Shown here in pieces: positions 54,841 to 64,000 of a stretch of 64,000 nucleotides of DNA (positions are counted from its first letter, which is position 1; the number at the start of each line of letters is the position of its first letter). The stretch is from Tubiluchus corallicola (Eukaryota > Animalia > Priapulida), in assembly GCA_030141605.1 (NCBI GenBank), contig JAQGDQ010001065.1, positions 1,901 to 65,900 of the forward strand, written 5' to 3'. Under the pieces are notes generated by a model, which did no database searches, was not told the DNA's origin, and worked only from the letters and a program-made list of their open reading frames with translations. The position numbers and the translations under genes were made by a program.

Positions 54841-57101
54841 TGCATTTAAAAATGTGCAACCAATCTGTTTTATTCACATATCAAGGTTTCTTATAGGTTT
54901 TACATGTCAAATGTAGACCTGCGTTAACTCAAATGTAGATTTATGTAATTCAAATGTGTCTTGGTAACTCAAATGTAGAATTAGGTAGTTCAAATGTGTT
55001 AACAATGGTCAATGGTTTTCAAGAAATCTTAAGCGTTTTTTGGTAAGTCAAATGTGACATTGGTATCTCAAATGTGGATAGGTGGTAAAGTTTAAGCACG
55101 TTAAATTTAATCTTCTTTAATTTCAATTTAATAATTGCTCCTAAGTTAAAATAACAACGTTATAGGTCTACTAATAGATGCACTATCTTTGGTTTATCTT
55201 TTTCTAATTTGCATTTAAATAACTTAGTTACCCATTTATTCAAAGTAATGCATCTACATTTGACTTACCTAAGTCACATTTGAGTTACCAAAACACATTC
55301 GAAATTCCTATGTCTACATTTGACTTTCCTAAGTCACATTTGAACTTTCCTGTGTCTACATTTGACTTACCTGAGTCACATTTGAACTTTCCTGTGTCTA
55401 CATTTGACTTACCTAAGTCACATTTGAACTTTCCTGTGTCTACACTTGACTTACCTAAGTCACATATGAACTTTCCTATGTCTACATTTGACTTACCTGA
55501 GTCACATTTGAACTTTCCTGTGTCTACATTTGACTTACCTAAGTCACATTTGAACTTTCCTGTGTCTACACTTGACTTACCTAAGTCACATATGAACTTT
55601 CCTATGTCTACATTTGACTTACCTAAGTCACATTTGAACTTTCCTGTGTCTACATTTGACTTACCTAAGTCACATTTGAACTTTCCTGTGTCTACATTTG
55701 ACTTACCTAAGTCACATTTGAACTTTCCTGTGTCTACACTTGACTTACCTAAGTCACATATGAACTTTCCTATGTCTACATTTGACTTACCTAAGTCACA
55801 TTTGAACTTTCCTGTGTCTACATTTGACTTACCTAAGTCACATTTGAACTTTCCTGTGTCTACATTTGACTTACCTGAGTCACATTTGAACTTTCCTGTG
55901 TCTACATTTGACTTACCTAAGTCACATTTGAACTTTCCTATGTCTACATTTGACTTACCTAAGTCACATATGAACTTTCCTATGTCTACATTTGACCTAC
56001 CTAAGTCACATTTGAACTTTCCCGTGTCTACATTTGACTTACCTAAGTCACATTTGAACTTTCCTATGTCTACATTTGACTTACCTAAGTCACATTTGAA
56101 CTTTCCCGTATCTACATTTGACTTACCTAAGTCACATTTGAACTTTCCTATGTCTACATTTGACTTACGTAAGTCACATTTGAACTTTCCCGTGTCTACA
56201 TTTGACTTACCTAAGTCACATTTGAACTTTCCTGTGTCTACATTTGACTTACCTAAGTCACATTTGAACTTTCCTGTGTCTACATTTGACTTACCTAAGT
56301 CACATTTGAACTTTCCTGTGTCTACATTTGACTTACCTAAGACACATTTGAACTTTCCCGTGTCTACATTTGACTTACCTAAGTCACATTTGAACTTTCC
56401 TGTGTCTACATTTGACGTGTAAAACCTATATTTGGCACATTTGTTGAAGCAAATTTTTAAAAGACAAACTACGTCATTACAGCTCTCACACACAGTTGCT
56501 GTCGATAACACGTCTTAAAACAGCAAATCAATTGCGCCTCTGTTTAATAAACACTAAAATCTGCCTGCCTACTTAGCAGCTAATTGTATATTTTACTTAC
56601 TAGTCTTTCGAATCTTAATTCATCCCAAACGGCCGTAATTGAAAAGCAGAGCCACAGATAAAATATACGCACGACGAAGCTTAAACATCTGCGTACAGGG
56701 TGGCACCAAAAAAGCGACACGCAAAAATGAAAAACAAAAATGCGTGTTGGAAAGGAGATAATAATCATACTTCTTGAATGCATCGAAAGTTGATGAATTT
56801 TAAACGAAATTTTTTTTAATTATCCGGGATGGGGGTGTGGCGTGAACACCTAACATGTACCTGGCGACGCCCCCAATGTGAAAAAGAAAAAGAAGATGCT
56901 AAATAATCATACTTCTTGAATGCATCGAAAGTTGATGAATTTTAAACGAAATTTTTTTAATTATCCGGGATGGGGGTGTGGCGTGAACACCTAACATGTA
57001 CCTGGCGACGCCCCCCAATGTGAAAAAGAAAAAGAAGATGCTAAATAATCAACCTCTTGAATGCATCGAAAGTTGATGAATTTTAAACGAAATTTTTTTA
57101 A
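54692..57101. repeat. Left arm of a long inverted duplication (outer end not determinable in this window)
   Basis: Position x maps to 118692-x on the opposite strand, e.g. 54894/63798, 56428/62264, 56783/61909. Confidence 0.95.
54894..56428 (+). mobile_element. TA-target MITE with an expanded 42-bp internal array
   Basis: TA|TAGGTTTTACATGTC ... GACGTGTAAAACCTA|TA. Confidence 0.88.
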
Positions 57102-57156
57102 TTATCTGGGATGGGGGTGTGGCGTGAACACCCAACATGAACCTGGCGACGCCCCA
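56760..57156. repeat. 141-bp tandem repeat, 3 copies
   Basis: CCTGGCGACGCCCC recurs at ~56860, ~57001 and ~57142. Confidence 0.9.
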
Positions 57157-58355
57157 CACTCCACGGGCAGTTAAAGCGAGGAGGAAAACACTTCAACACA
57201 GAAGCTGGTTTTTAGTTAGCCAATTAGGGATCATTTACAGGCGGTCGTGCAAAACGGGAAGCTTGAAGGGATAAAGCATCTCGTATGTGAGAGATTACCA
57301 TGGCAATATTTGTAACGGTTAGCACAAAGTGGCTGCAGAATGACTAGCAGTTAAGACAACACTTACGAACTTATGACATGTTTTCAATGCATTGGTTGCT
57401 CAAGCGGGCTGAGTTAGGAGTGGAACGATGTAATCACCTGTTTGTTCAAAATAAACATTTTTGCCTAGTTACTTATATTTTCCAGAACTATATTGACTAA
57501 TTGTAATCACCTATTTGTTCAAAATCAACATTTTTGCCTAGTTACTTACCTTTTCTACATTACCTGTTTGTGGTGTAACGTCACAGCATATAAGTTTATG
57601 CAAAACAAATAAAGTTACTCAACAGACGCGGCAGACGGCTTTGTTTTACATACTTGTCACGTGACGGTTGTACTTAAGATGCGTAACAGTTTTAACAGCT
57701 AGCTAGAACGTTACCCAGTTCATTTTTTCTTGTTCCCAAACTAGAATCTGCTAGTAAGTCACTCTACGCAAAGACTAATGCATAATTAAGTAAAGTCCGC
57801 GTAAGACAAATAAAGTTACTCAACAGACGCTGCAGACGGCTTTGTTTTACATACTTGTCACGTGACGGTTGTACTTAAGACGCGTTGTTGTGGTACACCT
57901 AACCTATGACTTGCAAGAACTGCGCGTGCGCACAACGAAACCGTAAAAAGGCTTATTGTTAAAGATGACAAAATGAAAAACGTGTCTTACCAAAAGGTCC
58001 TAGGTTCAAATCCAAGTTTCAGTGCACATTTTTCAATATTTTAAAGGCCAGTGAGCATGATTTCTGTACCCTTAAGTTTTATTGATTTTTTGTTAACTAA
58101 AAATAAGGTCTAGACTAATGTAGTCACCGAGAAAATGTGATACAGGTTCATCTCACTCTATTTAACTTTAGATTTGAACACAAGATGGCTCTAGGTGTCG
58201 ACTAAAGTGTTATTGACTTCTTGTTAACTAAAAATACAGGCCTAGACTAATGTAGTCACATAGAAAATGTGATACAGGTTCATCTCACGCTATTTAACTT
58301 TGGATTTGAACACAAGATGGCACTAGATGTCGACAAAAGTGAGAAAAGAGCTTAC

Positions 58356-58548
58356 CTTCGGTTTTGAAACCACGTCATCACCTGAGTTTCCTTGAGTCCA
58401 ATCTCTTCAGCAATGGCTATCCTCTCATCAACGGTAATGTACTTTTTCTCCTTGAATCTCTTTTCCATGGCCTGAATTTGTCGCTCGGTAAAACCGGATT
58501 TAGAGCGGGAAGTGCGCCGTTTCACAACTTCCGGTGGCGTACTACTTT
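58356..58548 (-). CDS. Divergent ANTP/NKL-type homeobox exon with Lbx-like features, family unassigned
   Basis: TSRSKSGFTERQIQAMEKRFKEKKYITVDERIAIAEEIGLKETQVMTWFQNR; acceptor TTGTTGACAG, donor AG|GTAAG within homeodomain codon 53. Confidence 0.9.
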
Positions 58549-60289
58549 CTGTCAACAAACCAAAAAAATTAGTTAATGGGGCAAAAGTGAATGCGGCATT
58601 AGCAGTTTCATTTCCCGTGTGTCAATTTTAGAAGTGGGTATAAATTGAAAGATGAACGAACAGACTTGGATTTGAAAAAACAAAGGTAGAAGTGCCAAGT
58701 TCAACGATTTGAGTTCGAATCCAGTTGCTGACACAAACTTTTCAAATTTCTTTTTTTATTCGTTTAACTTCTCAAGCACATTGTGTGCTCAGTTCAACTC
58801 TTTACTGTACAATGTTGAGTAACAGAACATAAAAAACAAAAAAAAATAAACAGAACAGAACAAAAAACGAACAAAAAATCTCTGCTAGCAAACTTGTAGG
58901 AGACAGCAAACTCTCTGGCAGCAAACTCGCAGGTGTGAATTGGTTTACGAGTTACTGTCGGCAAGTTATTGCAAAATTCTCTGACAGTTAAAGCACAAGA
59001 AAACCCTTCATAAACATAAAGCTTAAAAATATCGTTTTGAAATTTTATATCGCTTACATACAGCCTTTTTGCATGCGGGACTTCAATCGGCAGTAACGCT
59101 GTATAAAACTTGTAAATTTAAACTCCCGCGATGACCGTTAGACGCAGCCATTTTCACGACAGGTCATTTGAAACAAGTTTAGATAACATTTTGTAAAGTT
59201 TGAAAAAATAATCAGAGCATTGGTAGCGCACCAGTCACTAACTTTAAAATTACAGTATCTTGTAAATAAAATCAAAAATATGTTTTTGGTTAGTGACTGG
59301 TGCACCCTGGAGGGAGAGTCAGCGACATTTTACCAATTGGTGAAAACATTTTAAATAATTAATAATTTTCTTTTCTAGTTACATAAGTCTCTCTAACAGG
59401 TAAGCGAAAATCCAGGTAATTTGAATAAACTAAAATTCCTTTCTGTGCGAGTGCGATATACGCGTAAAATTGCTGTAAAGTAATATAATTTTTAAGGCGA
59501 TTTTCCCGAAACCTACTTCAGGTACCCCTTTTCTTGTCCTTTAAGTCGATCGTACGATCTACTGTCTAGTGTGAACGCCTCGGAGAGTTACTCTCGACAC
59601 TTCTCGCTTACGGTCGGAGAGTAACTCGCAAGTGTGAACCGCTTTACGAGTTACTGCCTAGTGTGAACGCCTCGGAGAGTTACTCTCGACACTTCTCGCT
59701 TACGGTCGGAAAGTTACTCGCAACAAATTCCGCTGTCTAGTCTGAACAAGATTGCGAATTACTGTGCGAGAAAACTCGTTAGTTTGAACGCGCCGTTAAC
59801 TTTTCATCTTCAACTCCATTAACTGAAAAGTTATGCGAATTACTTTGCGAACAAACTCGTTAGTTTGAACCGTTAGTTGCGCCGTTAACTTTTCATCTTC
59901 AATTCCGTTAACTGAAAAGTTACGAAACTACATCACGTGACAAGCCCAGCGCAAACACAGGCCCTTAGTCAGCTGGCGTTGGACCTCTTTGTACAATTAG
60001 ACAGATGCGTACCAAGCCAGGAGATTATCCAGGGGATTAAAGTATTATCACACGTAATTGCCATGTTAATGATAGGCCTAGGTGTTTTTCGTTAATGCTC
60101 ATTTGCAGTTTGCAAATTAATTAACGGATAATTGGGGGTTTAACTGAATTATGAGCAAAGATGAAAGCATGACGTCACACAAAAATGAGCATGATGTCAT
60201 ATTATCAACACAACGTGATACGAATATAAAGCTAAAATTAAACTTCAATGCTACAGGCTTTGCGTTAGATAAACAGACAAACAGTAGGC

Positions 60290-60421
60290 AGGATGTTACG
60301 GGCTTTGTGTTATAAACGAGGACTAGGTAGGATGTTCGCGTATTATTGATTATACGTGTGTTTAAACGCAAAATTTTTTGCGGGGCCTTTGCTAGTCTCT
60401 TATATTAATATTCTTGGTATG

Positions 60422-60459
<38 letters not shown>

Positions 60460-60634
60460 ATTCGAGGCTACAGCTTCGACGACGGCACCATTTGCGGCGA
60501 TCTATACATCAAACGAAAGGTCTCGATCTAGTGTCGTGCCATTGGGGGTTTATTTTTCGAATCGGGCCACTTTATCAATAATACGCGAACATCCTACCTA
60601 GTCCTCATTTATAACACAAAGCCCGTAACATCCT
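60290..60634. mobile_element. MITE-like element with ~60-bp terminal inverted repeats
   Basis: AGGATGTTACGGGCTTTGTGTTATAA...ATTATTGAT mirrors ATCAATAAT...GCCCGTAACATCCT; no clear TSD. Confidence 0.65.
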
Positions 60635-61165
60635 TTTAATATACTTTTAATTTACGTAGTTGAAAATCATGACAACCAATCATCAAAATTAAACTTTAAT
60701 TTAAATTTCAATATAAATAAAGATATATGTTGTAAAATAGATGTAATTTGGTAATAATATTACGAAAGGTAACCTCATCAGTAGATAAAACACCTCAAGT
60801 GCATTAATACTTTTTATTTACGTAGTTAAAAATCATGACAAACGTCTCGACGGAGTTACTGCGGTCATCACCAGTGGTAAATTTTTACAAACATACGAGT
60901 TTATATAGGCAGAGCCTACAGTAAGGAATGTTATGTATTAATTATGTATTAAACCAGAAGCCAAATAGGTAATGAACAAGCAAACTATATAAATTTCTTT
61001 TCTACTAGTTCATTAAACTCCCGCAATGACCGTTGGGCGCAGCCTACTTGATGGTTGGTTTGAAACAAGTTTAGATAACATTGCGTGAAGTTTGAAAACA
61101 TAATATTCATAGCATGCATTTTGCTAACTTAGCAACATTTTAAATTACTATATCTTGTCAATAAG

Positions 61166-64000
61166 ATTAAAAAAATTCGTTTAAAATTCATCAACTTTCG
61201 ATGCATTCAAGAGGTTGATTATTTAGCATCTTCTTTTTCTTTTTCACATTGGGGGGCGTCGCCAGGTACATGTTAGGTGTTCACGCCACACCTCCATCCC
61301 GGATAATTAAAAAAATTTCGTTTAAAATTCATCAACTTTCGATGCATTCAAGAGGTTGATTATTTAGCATCTTCTTTTTCTTTTTCACATTGGGGGGGCG
61401 TCGCCAGGTACATGTTAGGTGTTCACGTCACACCCCCATCCCGGATAATTAAAAAAAAATCGTTTAAAATTCATCAACTTTCGATGCATTCAAGAGGTTG
61501 ATTATTTAGCATCTTCTTTTTCTTTTTCACGTTGGGGGGCGTCGCCAGGTACATGTTAGGTGTTCACGCCACACCCCCATCCCGGATAATTAAAAAAATT
61601 TCGTTTAAAATTCATCAACTTTCGATGCATTCAAGAAGTATGATTATTTAGCATCTTCTTTTTCTTTTTCACATTGGGGGGCGTCGCCAGGTACATGTTA
61701 GGTGTTCACGTCACACCCCCATCCCGGATAATAAAAAAAATTTCGTTTAAAATTCATCAACTTTCGATGCATTCAAGAAGTATGATTATTTAGCATCTTC
61801 TTTCTCTTTTTCACATTGGGGGCGTCGCCAGGTACATGTTAGGTGTTCACGCCACACCCCCATCCCGGATAATTAAAAAAAATTTCGTTTAAAATTCATC
61901 AACTTTCGATGCATTCAAGAAGTATGATTATTATCTCCTTTCCAACACGCATTTTTGTTTTTCATTTTTGCGTGTCGCTTTTTTGGTGCCACCCTGTACG
62001 CAGATGTTTAAGCTTCGTCGTGCGTATATTTTATCTGTGGCTCTGCTTTTCAATTACGGCCGTTTGGGATGAATTAAGATTCGAAAGACTAGTAAGTAAA
62101 ATATACAATTAGCTGCTAAGTAGGCAGGCAGATTTTAGTGTTTATTAAACAGAGGCGCAATTGATTTGCTGTTTTAAGACGTGTTATCGACAGCAACTGT
62201 GTGTGAGAGCTGTAATGACGTAGTTTGTCTTTTAAAAATTTGCTTCAACAAATGTGCCAAATATAGGTTTTACACGTCAAATGTAGACACAGGAAAGTTC
62301 AAATGTGACTTAGGTAAGTCAAATGTAGACACGGGAAAGTTCAAATGTGTCTTAGGTAAGTCAAATGTAGACACAGGAAAGTTCAAATGTGACTTAGGTA
62401 AGTCAAATGTAGACACAGGAAAGTTCAAATGTGACTTAGGTAAGTCAAATGTAGACACAGGAAAGTTCAAATGTGACTTAGGTAAGTCAAATGTAGACAC
62501 GGGAAAGTTCAAATGTGACTTACGTAAGTCAAATGTAGACATAGGAAAGTTCAAATGTGACTTAGGTAAGTCAAATGTAGATACGGGAAAGTTCAAATGT
62601 GACTTAGGTAAGTCAAATGTAGACATAGGAAAGTTCAAATGTGACTTAGGTAAGTCAAATGTAGACACGGGAAAGTTCAAATGTGACTTAGGTAGGTCAA
62701 ATGTAGACATAGGAAAGTTCATATGTGACTTAGGTAAGTCAAATGTAGACATAGGAAAGTTCAAATGTGACTTAGGTAAGTCAAATGTAGACACAGGAAA
62801 GTTCAAATGTGACTCAGGTAAGTCAAATGTAGACACAGGAAAGTTCAAATGTGACTTAGGTAAGTCAAATGTAGACACAGGAAAGTTCAAATGTGACTTA
62901 GGTAAGTCAAATGTAGACATAGGAAAGTTCATATGTGACTTAGGTAAGTCAAGTGTAGACACAGGAAAGTTCAAATGTGACTTAGGTAAGTCAAATGTAG
63001 ACACAGGAAAGTTCAAATGTGACTTGGGTAAGTCAAATGTAGACACAGGAAAGTTCAAATGTGACTTAGGTAAGTCAAATGTAGACATAGGAAAGTTCAA
63101 ATGTGACTTAGGTAAGTCAAGTGTAGACACAGGAAAGTTCAAATGTGACTTAGGTAAGTCAAATGTAGACACAGGAAAGTTCAAATGTGACTTAGGTAAG
63201 TCAAATGTAGACATAGGAAAGTTCATATGTGACTTAGGTAAGTCAAATGTAGACACAGGAAAGTTCAAATGTGACTTAGGTAAGTCAAATGTAGACATAG
63301 GAAAGTTCAAATGTGACTTAGGTAAGTCAAATGTAGACACAGGAAAGTTCAAATGTGACTTAGGTAAGTCAAATGTAGACATAGGAATTTCGAATGTGTT
63401 TTGGTAACTCAAATGTGACTTAGGTAAGTCAAATGTAGATGCATTACTTTGAATAAATCGGTAATTAAGTTATTTAACTGCAAATTAGAAAAAGATAAAC
63501 CAAAGATAGTGCATCTATTAGTAGACCTATAACGTTGTTATTTTAACTTAGGAGCAATTATTAAATTGAAATTAAAGAAGATTAAATTTAACATCCTTAA
63601 ACTTTACCACCTATCCACATTTGAGATACCAATGTCACATTTGACTTACCAAAAAACGCTTAAGATTTCTTGAAAACCATTGACCATTGTTAACACATTT
63701 GAACTACCTAAGTCTACATTTGAGTTACCAAGACACATTTGAATTACCTAAATCTACATTTGAGTTAACGTAGGTCTACATTTGACATGTAAAACCTATA
63801 AGAAACCTTGATATGTGAATAAAACAGATTGGTTGCACATTTTTAAATGCAAGTACCTTCATTCTCTTTCTTGCTTTAGTACCTTCATTCTCTTTCTTGC
63901 TTTAGTACCTTCATTCTCTTTCTTGCTTTAGTACCTTCATTCTCTTTCTTGCTTTATTACCTTCATTCTCTTTCTTGTTTTATTACCTTCATTCTCTTTC
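61166..64000. repeat. Right arm of the long inverted duplication (141-bp array, unique DNA, MITE, 26-bp satellite), running off the window
   Basis: Reverse complement of 54692-57101, with three extra 141-bp units. Confidence 0.95.
62264..63798 (-). mobile_element. TA-target MITE with 42-bp array (mirror copy of 54894-56428)
   Basis: Same TIRs, TA TSD and identical flanks. Confidence 0.88.

Noticed and set aside
55280-56511. 380-408-aa repetitive ORFs (also 62181-63412 and 17460-18509)
   Set aside because: They are translations of a 42-bp (multiple of 3) array inside a MITE, open on both strands, with no domain
59057-59097. Candidate upstream exon for the divergent homeobox gene (AG...GTAAGC on the minus strand)
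   Set aside because: Joining it to the 58548 acceptor in the required phase creates TAA

Overview
AT-rich, repeat-rich animal genomic DNA. The 5S sequence type looks lophotrochozoan-like, which is an inference. There is one N-gap at 52500-52789. Genes supported, all on the minus strand: (1) a two-exon NK1/Nkx1/slouch homeobox gene (10145-9674, 5221-4671) with an eh1 motif; (2) two tandem four-exon secreted C-type lectin genes (EPN/WND type, with an RSRR furin-like site) at 19566-16975 and 25468-24039; (3) a divergent, unassigned NKL-type homeobox gene with Lbx-like features. Its homeobox exon (58548-58356) splices in frame to a last exon that is split and partly inverted around a 157-bp palindrome next to the gap. 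That homeobox exon lies in the ~4-kb spacer of a near-identical inverted duplication at least 2.4 kb long that runs off the window end. The remainder consists of TA-target and hAT-like MITEs, a tRNA-derived SINE, LINE 3' fragments, a Penelope-type minimal hammerhead motif, three 5'-truncated 5S copies in a ~760-bp tandem array, many mini- and microsatellites, and candidate regulatory motifs. All coordinates were read by eye and repeat boundaries are approximate.
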